From assembly GCA_050633245.1 (NCBI GenBank), contig JBOEGD010000024.1:1-64000 (forward strand): 64,000 nt of DNA. Direction: 5' to 3'. Below are positions 1 through 9,595 of this stretch, piece by piece. The notes under the pieces are model-generated. The model saw only the letters and a list, made by a program, of their open reading frames with translations. It did no database searches and was not told the DNA's origin. How positions within the stretch are numbered: the first letter of the stretch is position 1; every line of letters begins with the position of its first letter. The stretch comes from Calditrichia bacterium (GTDB lineage: Bacteria > Calditrichota > Calditrichia > RBG-13-44-9 > J075). The position numbers were made by a program, and so were the translations under genes.

Positions 1-151
1 TGCCCGCTGCCTACTGCCTACTCGCTTCGCTGCCTTGCTGTACCCAGAGGTACACCATATCGTACACTCCCTACAAACTTTAATTATCCAGCGAATCGAG
101 AGATTGCATTAATGTGCTGTTATCTATATACTTACATCATTAATACTAAAT

Positions 152-167
152 TGGCACAAGAGTTGAT
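152..167 (+). promoter_or_regulatory. Putative sigma54 -24/-12 promoter
   Basis: TGGCAC-AAGAG-TTGAT with canonical spacing (consensus TGGCAC-N5-TTGCW, one mismatch at -12), about 35 nt upstream of ATG 203 in AT-rich DNA. Confidence 0.5.
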
Positions 168-202
168 ATAGTTAAGTTGGATTCTAACTGGATACTAACA
201 TT

Positions 203-1702
203 ATGAAAACACGCTTACTCATTTTTTCTCTGCTCATAAGCAGCATGTTTACGCTGCTAAATGCCCAGGAAAGAACCGTCGAACGTGAACTCGAACGTCT
301 ACGAACAAGCGTGCAGCGAACTGTCTCAACTTTGCAAGTTTTACCAGATTTCTTTACCAGTGATGCACGAAGCCAAATTGAAAATAAACTGATGGAAATC
401 CGCGAAAGCTTTGAAAATGCCGAACAGTTTGTACGTGATAATCGCAGAGTTCAGGCGCGAATTGCTATTGCAACAACCTACGCGAAACTTCGTGAAATAG
501 AAGCCTTCATTAAAAGACACCCCGTATTTCGCCTGAAGTTTCAGGAGTTGCTCGATCGCAGGATTCAAGATGCTGAGCTTGCAATTGGGAGCCAGGCTGC
601 TGAAGAAGCGCTCTATATGCTGAACAACGCAAAATCTTTTCGACGCAAGGCTTACAGCTTCGCTCAACAAGATCGCACCTACTCTGCGCTGGAGTATTTT
701 CGATTGGCAACTTACTTTGCCGATCAGGCCATTCGCATTTCTCAAGACGATAACTCGCAACGAGATTTGCGTTATTGGCAAAACTACTACAGTGAGACAG
801 AATTACTATTGCAACGCGCTAAAAATCTGCTGCAAAATTCCAATCGAAAAGGCGAGCTGGAAACCCTGATGCGTAAGGCCGAGCGAGAACTCGGAGACGT
901 AAAGCAGTTTACTGAGGAGCGAAACTTCAACGCTGCCAAGCAAAAGCTAACGGCTGTGAACCGTGCGCTATACCGCATAATCGATATGGTTGAAAGCGAA
1001 CCGGAATCTGAAGATGAGCGCATGCGCATGGATGTCGAATCGATTAAGTTCGCACTCTCGGCAGCCAAAGAACACAAAGCTGCCACCAGGCCGGTAGCAA
1101 GCGCGCTGATTCAGCGTGGTAATAATTTAGTCCGGAAAATTGAAAATCATTTGAGTAACCAGCGTTTACGACCGGCCAAACGCCAGCTCTTTTTTGCTAA
1201 TCAGCTCATTGTTAAGCTCAATACTTTGCTTGCCGGGCAATCAGCGAATCAAAATGCAGAAAGACTCTCTCGTCAGTTGGTCAATACTAAACAGAGCTAC
1301 AGTGAACTTAAGCTTAAAATTGATAGCTCGCAGGATGAGAATGGCTTACTTCAGTTGATAGAGACGAATCTTACATTAGCTGAAGAGGCGATAACCTCTG
1401 AGCTAAACTTAAAGGCCGCGCTGCATTTAAAAATTGCAAATCGATTAGGCCTGCAGCTGAACAGAATTCTTATTGGGCGTAATCTACAGGACGCAGATGC
1501 GAAGATTGCTCAGGAAAATTTACAAAGGCTATACGACTTGCTAAAACGGTTGGAAGCCAGCAAAGATAACACGCTGGAAACGCGGGTGAGTTTTGATAAT
1601 GCTGAAGAACTATATAAAATGGCGAGCAATCGCTTTAAGACAAAGAAATATGCCCAAACTATGCAGCTCACCGAGCTGGCAATAAACATATTAACACGAT
1701 AA
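203..1702 (+). CDS. Exported all-helical repeat protein (about six ~80-aa three-helix repeats), function unknown
   Basis: 499-aa ORF; Sec-type signal peptide MKTRLLIFSLLISSMFTLLNA-Q; periodic amphipathic helices. Confidence 0.8.
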   Translation: MKTRLLIFSLLISSMFTLLNAQERTVERELERLRTSVQRTVSTLQVLPDFFTSDARSQIENKLMEIRESFENAEQFVRDNRRVQARIAIATTYAKLREIEAFIKRHPVFRLKFQELLDRRIQDAELAIGSQAAEEALYMLNNAKSFRRKAYSFAQQDRTYSALEYFRLATYFADQAIRISQDDNSQRDLRYWQNYYSETELLLQRAKNLLQNSNRKGELETLMRKAERELGDVKQFTEERNFNAAKQKLTAVNRALYRIIDMVESEPESEDERMRMDVESIKFALSAAKEHKAATRPVASALIQRGNNLVRKIENHLSNQRLRPAKRQLFFANQLIVKLNTLLAGQSANQNAERLSRQLVNTKQSYSELKLKIDSSQDENGLLQLIETNLTLAEEAITSELNLKAALHLKIANRLGLQLNRILIGRNLQDADAKIAQENLQRLYDLLKRLEASKDNTLETRVSFDNAEELYKMASNRFKTKKYAQTMQLTELAINILTR

Positions 1703-1768
1703 TCGTTTTTTCCCGGGCCCGGAAGAAACACTGACGAAACGTCAATCAATCAAACAGAGGTAGGTAAA

Positions 1769-2752
1769 ATGAAACACTATGTAAAATTAGGATTGTGGTG
1801 GGCAATTTTGTCCATACTTATCCTTTCCGGGTGCCAAAACGACACATCCCCCCTTGCGGAGTCTGATGAGGACATTGTTGCCGAGATGGTAACAGCTGAG
1901 GATGAAGACTTTCTATACGATGTCGGAATCGACGACTATAGTGAAGATAATATGTATGATGGATACAGCACGTTTGATGGCAATGGAAAAGCGCCAATTG
2001 AGAATGTTACACGCTTCGGTCGACGCGTATCCGAGCGCCCGCGACGAGGTGTGCGATCATTCGAGCGAATCGGCCCCGATTCAGTTAAGGTGTCTGTTGC
2101 TCGGGTGTTCCCGGGGGCTTTTCACATCCTTTCCGTAGAAGATTCAAACGGCACACGCGTTCGCACGCGCTATATTAAACGTCTGCGCCATATTGTTCGT
2201 CGCAACGCTATTTTCGTGAAGCGAGCTGACACGACGACTGATCGTCGCTGGAAGCTGGCAGCAATTTCTCTTGGTCAAGGTAACAGTACTCCAAATGCCA
2301 GCATTCGCATTCAGAAAGTCGCAATTGCCAGCAGTGGTGGCGACAGCACGGTGATTACCGATCCGCTGAATACCTTACTGGACACCCGTGATGATGTGCC
2401 GACATTCATGCCGGGTGATGAGGTAACCGTAACAGTTTATCTTGAGAACAATACGGCGAACCCGGTTGCCGATAGTACCGGAGCTACCGAAACGGTATTG
2501 CTGCACTACGGCGTCAATCGTGAACATCACGCCCGTTCGCGATTCGAGTATCGCGGTGTCGACCCTGCTACCGGCTATAATGTTTATGTTGGTAGATGGA
2601 CGATTGGGCAGCGACCATTCCGGGCTTATCATGCAATCTTTGATGCCATTGATAATGGTACGATCTATGACGATGACGGGAATACTTATCCGTATAACTC
2701 CACAACCTGGAGTACGCCATACATAGTTACCGGGGCATCAACACTGAAGTAG
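1769..2752 (+). CDS. Hypothetical lipoprotein
   Basis: 327-aa ORF; SD GAGGTAGG; lipobox LILSG-C followed by an acidic tether; beta-rich body. Confidence 0.8.
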   Translation: MKHYVKLGLWWAILSILILSGCQNDTSPLAESDEDIVAEMVTAEDEDFLYDVGIDDYSEDNMYDGYSTFDGNGKAPIENVTRFGRRVSERPRRGVRSFERIGPDSVKVSVARVFPGAFHILSVEDSNGTRVRTRYIKRLRHIVRRNAIFVKRADTTTDRRWKLAAISLGQGNSTPNASIRIQKVAIASSGGDSTVITDPLNTLLDTRDDVPTFMPGDEVTVTVYLENNTANPVADSTGATETVLLHYGVNREHHARSRFEYRGVDPATGYNVYVGRWTIGQRPFRAYHAIFDAIDNGTIYDDDGNTYPYNSTTWSTPYIVTGASTLK

Positions 2753-2761
2753 AATTTCTCT

Positions 2762-2800
2762 GTTGTCATCGGCTTTTGCATAAGCCGATGACAACTTTTT
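2762..2800 (+). terminator. Rho-independent terminator
   Basis: 14-bp stem GTTGTCATCGGCTT/AAGCCGATGACAAC followed by a T run, directly after stop 2752. Confidence 0.8.
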
Positions 2801-2840
2801 CCTGCATCTCATAAGACAACCTTGCGTGGGTTCAGAACCG

Positions 2841-4412
2841 ATGAAAACCAAAGAGAATACCATTAAACGGTTTACCGTTTTTTTTGCGTTGCTATTGCCT
2901 GCGCTGTTATTCTCGCAACAATCTGCTACTTCGCTGGAACAAGAGCTTTACAAAAGTGCGCTTCTTCAGATTGAAAAGGATTTGCTTTTAACGCCTTCCT
3001 CAGATAGCCTTATTCTTGGACTAAAAGATGATGCCGCCGAGTTGGCAAAGGCGGAAAATTGGAGTGATGCTCTTGAGCTTGTCGCTTTACTGCAGGAGAT
3101 GCTGAATGCTGTAGAATTTTCAGAACCTATATTAGAAACCTCTGCCATAATCACCACAGACATCTCCTTAATACCGGAAAGACATCGATTCTCAATTGAA
3201 AGTGGCATTGATTTTTCACAGCAGAAGTTTGGTATTTCACCAATAGAAAGCGATACCAGTATTGTAGAAGAATTACAAAACCCGTTCTTTGCTGTGTCTT
3301 ATACACAACCCATAAAGCTAAGCGAATCGATTTTGAAACTGCGTCATGATTTTCGAATCGATAATCAGTTCATGAATTATGGTCTGAATGCCAATTGGGA
3401 AAAATCCTCTGCAACGCTTAAAGGACGCCTGGAAGGTTCGGTGGACTATCATTACTCTCAAACCAAAGACTTTGCAAGTTTTTTGGATGCGCGTTTTCGC
3501 TTTAATCTCGGAAATGCCAATCGCAGCGCCTGGCGTTGGTCTGTCGATGGCGAGACGACGCTAAAGGATTTCTCAAAACAGGACAGCCTGGCGGCCGACG
3601 TCTTTAGCGGGAACCTCAGCTTATATCTCGAGCGTCTTTGGGGAACCGCGCATTCCTTACTCTTTCGAATCTCGCCCGGATTCTACACATTGGACAACTC
3701 TCAGGGACAATTCTCGCAAAATCAATCGATGGCATCTTATCGCTATCAGAAAATGCTTAATAAACGTATTGAGGTTAGTTTCGCTTCGGTATATCAAGAC
3801 TATGAGTATACGCTTGAACCGATCCTGGAGCGGGATGCTGTTGAGCTGTATAAGAATAGCTACGTGACGTTGGAGCCGCGTGCAGAGCTGGAGTGGGTCT
3901 TTGGTGAACATACCGGTATTGAACTGGAAGTCGAAAATGAACGCCTTCTGTTTAATGACAACAATGCCATCACTCCAAATGAACAGATGCTGTCTGCGAA
4001 GATTTTACCCAAGTTTTATTTCAACAGCCTAAACAGCATCGGAATTGGGTATCGTGGGAGCAGCAAAACGCATACGACTGAAGATGCTCAGGAAGAGGAT
4101 TTTGCCAGAGAATCGGATGTCTACTCTAATGGTATAGTGATTAGTTTTGACTACCTGACATTGGGCGGCGTTTTTATCAATTTGGAATATGAGGCACTCT
4201 GGCGAAGATACCCTAACACCACCGAGACAACTTTTACCACATTCTATTCAGATCGCTTTGTGAACCTCATCAGTCTAATTGCCTGGCTGCCAATTAATGA
4301 TCACTGGCGAATTCAGGCCTTTGCGAACTTTGAGGACGAACAGGACCAGCGTTTTGAAGTGAATGACACGCAAAGCACAATTTTAAGTGCGTCGCTTATG
4401 TATTCGTTTTAA
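2841..4412 (+). CDS. Putative outer-membrane beta-barrel protein with a short N-terminal helical region
   Basis: Signal peptide; alternating amphipathic strands; C-terminal beta-signal SASLMYSF; ATG 2841 preferred over GTG 2826. Confidence 0.7.
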   Translation: MKTKENTIKRFTVFFALLLPALLFSQQSATSLEQELYKSALLQIEKDLLLTPSSDSLILGLKDDAAELAKAENWSDALELVALLQEMLNAVEFSEPILETSAIITTDISLIPERHRFSIESGIDFSQQKFGISPIESDTSIVEELQNPFFAVSYTQPIKLSESILKLRHDFRIDNQFMNYGLNANWEKSSATLKGRLEGSVDYHYSQTKDFASFLDARFRFNLGNANRSAWRWSVDGETTLKDFSKQDSLAADVFSGNLSLYLERLWGTAHSLLFRISPGFYTLDNSQGQFSQNQSMASYRYQKMLNKRIEVSFASVYQDYEYTLEPILERDAVELYKNSYVTLEPRAELEWVFGEHTGIELEVENERLLFNDNNAITPNEQMLSAKILPKFYFNSLNSIGIGYRGSSKTHTTEDAQEEDFARESDVYSNGIVISFDYLTLGGVFINLEYEALWRRYPNTTETTFTTFYSDRFVNLISLIAWLPINDHWRIQAFANFEDEQDQRFEVNDTQSTILSASLMYSF

Positions 4413-4444
4413 CCAGTGGTGCGAATTACGGGGCGAGAGCTACA

Positions 4445-4645
4445 GTGAAAAACAATACTGCCAGGATAGGGCACGGTGGCTCCGATCCCGGTATTACCAC
4501 GGAAATGCTTTCAAATATTTCCAGGGATACTGCGGTGATCATCTTTACGAATACATCTCTGTGTGGTGGAGATAGGAGAATCTATGTTGATTTACGTAAG
4601 GATCTGTGGAAGTATGTCGAGACGCTGAAGAGTTCCGAGAAGTAG
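4445..4645 (+). pseudogene. C-terminal remnant of a serine hydrolase (beta-lactamase-family) gene
   Basis: IGHGGSDPGITTEM...AVIIFTN matches the C-terminal GHGG..PG strand motif of the family; no room for the N-terminal SxxK part. Confidence 0.55.
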
Positions 4646-4703
4646 TATTTTTTCGATAAGTCGAAATGGTTTAGTGTTTCCCCATTTTTGTTGTCTAATG
4701 GAT

Positions 4704-5177
4704 CTATTTGCGCTCCTTTCCCAGTTTAGGCTTAAAGGAGCCTAATACCATTTCGAGCAATAAAGGGATCACATTCGATTGACCAACCAATTGCTCGGTT
4801 TTTTCTGTGTCAAGAAACTCTTGACTGATCTCTCCTGCCGGAATAGAATCCCGGGCTAATTGAACTAACTCCGGCATCATTGGAACCAGAAAGACAAAAG
4901 CATTGACGGTAAGAAAGGCTACCATTAATAGTTTTAATTTTAGCCAATTAGGTTTTATCTCGAAAGAATAATACAGGAGGAGGTCAGTAATAATTTTTAA
5001 TGCCAGCCCCGGTAATATTAAGATATAGGCACTCATTTCTTTGTAAATATATACAGTGTGTATTGTGCTTACATCGGAATGACCAAATATTACGCCGATT
5101 ACAATATGAGAGAGTATGCCTCCAACATACATAATGGTGCCGATTTCCTGAATAAAATTTAATAGTTTTCTTGTCAT
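4704..5177 (-). CDS. Small multi-pass membrane protein (DUF2269-like)
   Basis: 157 aa, about four hydrophobic segments, WLKLKL motif and terminal FKP. Confidence 0.6.
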   Translation of the reverse strand: MTRKLLNFIQEIGTIMYVGGILSHIVIGVIFGHSDVSTIHTVYIYKEMSAYILILPGLALKIITDLLLYYSFEIKPNWLKLKLLMVAFLTVNAFVFLVPMMPELVQLARDSIPAGEISQEFLDTEKTEQLVGQSNVIPLLLEMVLGSFKPKLGKERK

Positions 5178-5272
5178 TTTCTCAACCGTTGTCGGGTTCG
5201 TTTTAGTTAATTAAAAGTCTAATGTGATTAAGTAGCGGGCAATATTATTTAACAGCCTTTTGCAACCAAGTT

Positions 5273-5300
5273 GGGCAGGTTGAGCGAAATCGAAGCCCTG
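5273..5300 (-). repeat. REP-like dispersed repeat copy
   Basis: Reverse complement reads CAGGGCTTCGATTTCGCTCAACCTG, the same core as other intergenic copies. Confidence 0.65.
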
Positions 5301-5365
5301 GTGATTGGCATACGTTTAGCCTCCATATCATAGAGTATTTGGAATATGTGGGAAAACTGGATAGT

Positions 5366-5782
5366 TTATTTATTCAGTTTCAGGTACGTCCATTGCCCAA
5401 AGTAATGAATAAAATGCCCGTTGTTTGCCTTTAGAATGTCTCTCACCTGTTTTGAATTTTCTTCATTTGCTGCCGGTGCAGAAATAACGAAGCGATTTGC
5501 CAGGACATGTTCGCCGTATTGATCAAATACCTTCTGGTCATCAGAAAGCACCTTATAAAAGGTGCGATAGAGTTGCGCAAACACACCATTTTCCTTACCG
5601 GTAAAGTCGATGCGCCTGGCATCATCTTCGCCAGAGAAAACCAGAATGTCTTTAGAGGCATGACCATCGTTCAATAATTGGGCCACGGCCTTCCTGGTAT
5701 CTCTCTCCGTATCAATTACGCCGATTACAATATTTTTCGGGTGTCTTAAAAATGGCTCTTTTGTATCTTTTGAACTACTCAT
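5366..5782 (-). CDS. Hypothetical alpha/beta protein (general-stress/YflT-like fold possible)
   Basis: 138-aa ORF with SD GGAG; pattern VIGVID...AV..L...G....I.V. Confidence 0.65.
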   Translation of the reverse strand: MSSSKDTKEPFLRHPKNIVIGVIDTERDTRKAVAQLLNDGHASKDILVFSGEDDARRIDFTGKENGVFAQLYRTFYKVLSDDQKVFDQYGEHVLANRFVISAPAANEENSKQVRDILKANNGHFIHYFGQWTYLKLNK

Positions 5783-5846
5783 ACTTCATCTCCATACAAT
5801 CATCTAGTGTGTCGCATTAACTGACATTTTTTGTTCAAATAATCAT

Positions 5847-7103
5847 TTACCGAAAGCTGAACTCTTCGTAGTGAATGTCTCGAATTGAGACTCCCTTTTC
5901 AAGTAGTTGCCGGATATAGCTTTCCCTCATTGCCTCGGGACCACATATAAAGACAGACTGGTTTTTTATGGTTGAGCTCGTATGTTGATTAGCTATTGAG
6001 AAGTAGCCTTTTGTATCGCTATCCCAAAGAAGGAAGCTCAGGTTTGGTTTACTTGAGGCTATTTGCTCTATTTCCTCTTTAAAATTAGCGCTCTGTATAG
6101 ATTTGACGCTCCAGATGAGCGTAATTTTGTATTCACCGTTGAGCTCTCTTAAAAATGAAAGATAGGGAGTAATTCCAATACCGCCGGCCAGCCAAAGCTG
6201 TTGTTTATATTTTGCTTTTCTAAAGTTAAAATGACCGTAAGCGCCTCGCACATATGCTTTTGTGCCCTCTTTTAGCTTTGTTTGTAAATCTGCTGTATAG
6301 TCGCCCAGCGCTTTAACTGTAAAGCGTAAATGATCTTCATCTGGATGATTACTGATTGTAAACGGATGAGGTTCTTTGTTGTTTAAGCCGTCGTAGGCAA
6401 CGAATGCAAATTGGCCGGCCGCAAAAGCTAATCTGGTATTTGTTATGGGTTTTAACGTAATTTCAACCACATCATTCTTAAATCGCTTGATTGTATCGAC
6501 TGTGTAATCCAGCTTTTTGTTCAGGAGGTTGTACAGAAAAGCTTTATAAAACCATGAGGCAATTCCGATTAATGCCATTCCATAAACATAAGACCTTACT
6601 ATCGGAAGCTCGCTTGTAAGCGTTGGAACAAAGAAAGAATGTGCAATACCGATTATATAAAAAATTCCCATGAGTTGATGACCGCGTAGCCATTTGTGAT
6701 ATTTGATTTTCCGTTTAAAAACTGGAGCAGCTGCCAGAATAACGCCAATCAATATTAGGATGAGAGCTACAAATCCCATTGGTTTACCAATAGAAAACTC
6801 AGGGTTCTTGGGAACTACGATGAAGTGTAATATTAATAGCGCGACCGCAATAATGCCGGATCTACGGTGAATCATGTACATTTTGTCCAGCCCGCCAAAG
6901 AGTTTTTCAACCCACTTTGCTCTGGTGGCCATTAAAAAATTTGCAGCAAATACTGTTACCACCCACGAAGAAAAGATCTCACCTGCGACATGCTGAGACG
7001 TAAAGTTATAGTCCCCTTCATATAGTTTTAGATCGATCAGCCAGAAAACAAAGTGGATGGCGATGATGACCGGAAAATAGTGCTCTTGCTTGATTGTTCT
7101 CAT
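5847..7103 (-). CDS. Ferric-reductase-like transmembrane protein fused to an FAD/NAD(P)-binding oxidoreductase domain
   Basis: GGLDKMYMIHR and His pairs in TM helices; HPFTIS (FAD); LAGGIGITP (NAD); FICGP; terminal EEFSFR. Confidence 0.9.
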   Translation of the reverse strand: MRTIKQEHYFPVIIAIHFVFWLIDLKLYEGDYNFTSQHVAGEIFSSWVVTVFAANFLMATRAKWVEKLFGGLDKMYMIHRRSGIIAVALLILHFIVVPKNPEFSIGKPMGFVALILILIGVILAAAPVFKRKIKYHKWLRGHQLMGIFYIIGIAHSFFVPTLTSELPIVRSYVYGMALIGIASWFYKAFLYNLLNKKLDYTVDTIKRFKNDVVEITLKPITNTRLAFAAGQFAFVAYDGLNNKEPHPFTISNHPDEDHLRFTVKALGDYTADLQTKLKEGTKAYVRGAYGHFNFRKAKYKQQLWLAGGIGITPYLSFLRELNGEYKITLIWSVKSIQSANFKEEIEQIASSKPNLSFLLWDSDTKGYFSIANQHTSSTIKNQSVFICGPEAMRESYIRQLLEKGVSIRDIHYEEFSFR

Positions 7104-7186
7104 TAAAATTTCCTTGAGTTAACGATTTTTTATAACCAACTCAGCCATCTATAAATGGCTTTTTATGCCTGGCAAATGGTTAAGCT

Positions 7187-7921
7187 TTAACTAAGTTCGC
7201 CTTTCTCCCCGTCAATCCAGCGTTGCATCATGACTCTCTCAGCAGGGGATTGTTCTACTCCACCGGCAAGGATATCAAGAAATTTATCCCAGAGGTTTTT
7301 CTTCCTGGATGCCTCTTGCTTGATTGCCTCATAGGCTTGCGAATAGTCTTTTTCGTACAGGTCTGCATCTGCCAGGGTGAAGTTTGCCGGGATATGGCGC
7401 AGGATCGTGTCTGTAAGCTCATCTATCTCTTCCGGCTTATATTTCTCAATCATCTTTAGTTGCAGGCTGCAAGCTTCAGCATGGCTTCTAATGAGTGAAT
7501 GATTCGATCGTGCTCCGGTCCAGATATCCCGCCAGTTCTCATGTTGGTTCTCGGGAAGTGTTGCAAAGCCCTTCTTTTCCAAAGTCAAAATGCTCTCCAA
7601 AATCTCATCGGAAAAACTCTGGAAGTTTTGCCAAATTGAGACAAGATTCTCTGCATCCTTGTTGCGGATCTTTTCAGTAACGGACGAGAGAATCTTTTTC
7701 AGGCTCGAAACGTTTTGATACAACCTATCGACTTCAGCTTTCCAATTAATACCAGCCTCTGCCGATGCATTTGCTTGAAACAGGGAGGTGGCGTTTTTTA
7801 ATAGCGAGTCCAGATTACTACCGATATTATCCATTGATGCCCAGTTCGACTGTAGCCCTTTCACAATATTTCTAATGGAAAGTATGGCTCTGAGCTTTGG
7901 ATTGTATTGGGCTGATTTCAT
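7187..7921 (-). CDS. Hypothetical helical protein
   Basis: Long ORF; ATG 7921 has SD AAGGA (the track start at 7954 is TTG). Confidence 0.7.
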   Translation of the reverse strand: MKSAQYNPKLRAILSIRNIVKGLQSNWASMDNIGSNLDSLLKNATSLFQANASAEAGINWKAEVDRLYQNVSSLKKILSSVTEKIRNKDAENLVSIWQNFQSFSDEILESILTLEKKGFATLPENQHENWRDIWTGARSNHSLIRSHAEACSLQLKMIEKYKPEEIDELTDTILRHIPANFTLADADLYEKDYSQAYEAIKQEASRKKNLWDKFLDILAGGVEQSPAERVMMQRWIDGEKGELS

Positions 7922-8035
7922 TTTGCTATTCCTTCTAAATAGGTTGAAAGGCAAATTTTTACCTGAATAAGTTCGATTTCAGACTCGCAATGACCGAAAA
8001 TACTCTAAATCAATAAATTTGTTTTCTTGTATAAT

Positions 8036-8071
8036 TTTAACATGTTAATATTTAACATGTTAAATAGTCAA
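8036..8071 (-). promoter_or_regulatory. Tandem palindromic operator overlapping a sigma70-like promoter (probable MarR site)
   Basis: TTAACATGTTAA at 8037-8048 and TTTAACATGTTAAA at 8051-8064; minus strand TTGACT-N18-TAACAT. Confidence 0.7.
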
Positions 8072-8081
8072 CTAAAAAAAA

Positions 8082-8522
8082 CTATTTTTCTTCGAGGTGG
8101 GAGATCAGCTTTTTGAGGCTTCTGAGGGTAATGTCTTCTTCTTCTTTTGAAAGACAGGAGATGGCTTCTCTGTACACACTTATAATGATCGGAATAACCG
8201 CCGCTACCAGCTGCTTACCTTCTTCGGTAATGCTTATGAGACTTGCTCGTCTGTCTCCCTCAACTGGTTTACGAACTAACAGTTGTCGACTTTCAAGTTT
8301 ATCGACAAACCGGGTGATATTGGCATTCTGTTTCCAGGCCGTTCGCGCAAGCTCGGTCATATTCATATCGCCATGATAATTCAACATATCAAGAATAGCT
8401 AATTGTTCCATGGTTATTTCATACCCCGCTTCGGCAATGGCATGATAGTGCTTTCTCCTTAGCAATTGAGAGGCAATTGCCATCTGAGCACCAATTGATC
8501 TATCTCTGGGGTTTTCCGACAT
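8082..8522 (-). CDS. MarR-family transcriptional regulator
   Basis: ITMEQ..IL, ANITRFVDKLE (HTH), DRRA..I.IT.EG wing motif. Confidence 0.93.
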   Translation of the reverse strand: MSENPRDRSIGAQMAIASQLLRRKHYHAIAEAGYEITMEQLAILDMLNYHGDMNMTELARTAWKQNANITRFVDKLESRQLLVRKPVEGDRRASLISITEEGKQLVAAVIPIIISVYREAISCLSKEEEDITLRSLKKLISHLEEK

Positions 8523-8635
8523 GCCGCTGAATCAGCTTTCTATTGTTGAAATTGAGTTGACTGAAAGTATTGGTTTTTTAATCGAGGATCAACAACTAAC
8601 TCTACTTTTTACAACGATTTTAGAGAAACCTCACT

Positions 8636-8663
8636 AAAAAAAGCCCGCTTTTGCGGGCTTTTT
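8636..8663. terminator. Bidirectional Rho-independent terminator
   Basis: AAAAAAGCCCGC-TTTT-GCGGGCTTTTT downstream of the minus-strand gene ending at 8732. Confidence 0.75.
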
Positions 8664-8731
8664 GAGTAGTTCTTATAAAGAAGGTTTTTTGACATCCACC
8701 GTAAAAAGCTGAGGTAATAATTTTAAGTCTA

Positions 8732-9493
8732 TTAGGAACCCTCTGCTTCTTCCTTCTTCTCAACCACCGGCATGGCAAATGTTTCAGCTGGAACAGAATC
8801 AGTGGCTTTGATAGAAGCAATGGTAAATACGCGATAGCGTGTGCCGTATTCAACTTCAATAAAATGAGGCAGCATCACGCCGTCTACCGCTTTATACTCT
8901 CCGTAGAAAGCTTCTTTGGTAACCGGTCGGCCGAAGTCATAAGTGCCGCCAGCCATCTTTACTTCCAAAAACGATTCGGCATCTACAAACCAGTTCTCTA
9001 CGACACTGTCCGGCCGCATAATTGCCAGATGATATGCCGGGCCGTCATCCAGATCTTCTGTCCCTTTTAGCTCGATTTCATAGCCATTCTTTTTTGCTTC
9101 ATACACCGGTGGATCAAACACTGCATCCCGCTCAATAATCAGGCTGTCCGCATTTGGAAGCCGCATTGGATCTGTCGATCCATATGAAGGATGAATTTGC
9201 CAGGCTCTGGTTCCGTCAAACGCAAAGGTTGCTTTGGCACCAACCATCACGCAATCGAAACGATAATGTCCCGGACGCTGTTTCCACATTTTAAAGGGAT
9301 TCGTAAGGCTAAATGCGTTGTAATCACCTTCAATCTCCAACGCCTTCAGTGCCTCGATGTTTTTCTCACCACCACGTGCTTCAATATTCTTTTTAATAAT
9401 TTGCTCAACGGTCAGGTCACCAGCCTGTAAAAAACAGGTGCCGATTACGAGCATGCATATTATGTATAACTGCTTCATCAAATTTTTCCTCAT
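8732..9493 (-). CDS. Exported LolA-like / outer-membrane lipoprotein-sorting-type protein
   Basis: Signal peptide; IIKKNIEARGG start; FDG..AW; YKAVDGVMLPH motif typical of this fold. Confidence 0.7.
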   Translation of the reverse strand: MRKNLMKQLYIICMLVIGTCFLQAGDLTVEQIIKKNIEARGGEKNIEALKALEIEGDYNAFSLTNPFKMWKQRPGHYRFDCVMVGAKATFAFDGTRAWQIHPSYGSTDPMRLPNADSLIIERDAVFDPPVYEAKKNGYEIELKGTEDLDDGPAYHLAIMRPDSVVENWFVDAESFLEVKMAGGTYDFGRPVTKEAFYGEYKAVDGVMLPHFIEVEYGTRYRVFTIASIKATDSVPAETFAMPVVEKKEEAEGS

Positions 9494-9526
9494 GTAGGTT
9501 TTAGATATGAGAAACTACCGCTAAAT

Positions 9527-9560
9527 AAATCGCCCTTCGATTTCGCTCAGGGAGCGGTTT
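9527..9560 (+). repeat. REP-like dispersed repeat copy
   Basis: CCCTTCGATTTCGCTCAGGG enclosed by an AAATCGC/GCGGTTT stem. Confidence 0.7.
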
Positions 9561-9595
9561 TGGCTTCTACTCATATACGTATATAAAACTACTTA

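Noticed and set aside
1-35. Short CTGCCTA repeats and CGCTTCGCT at the window start
   Set aside because: Only about three degenerate units, cut by the window edge; cannot be classified
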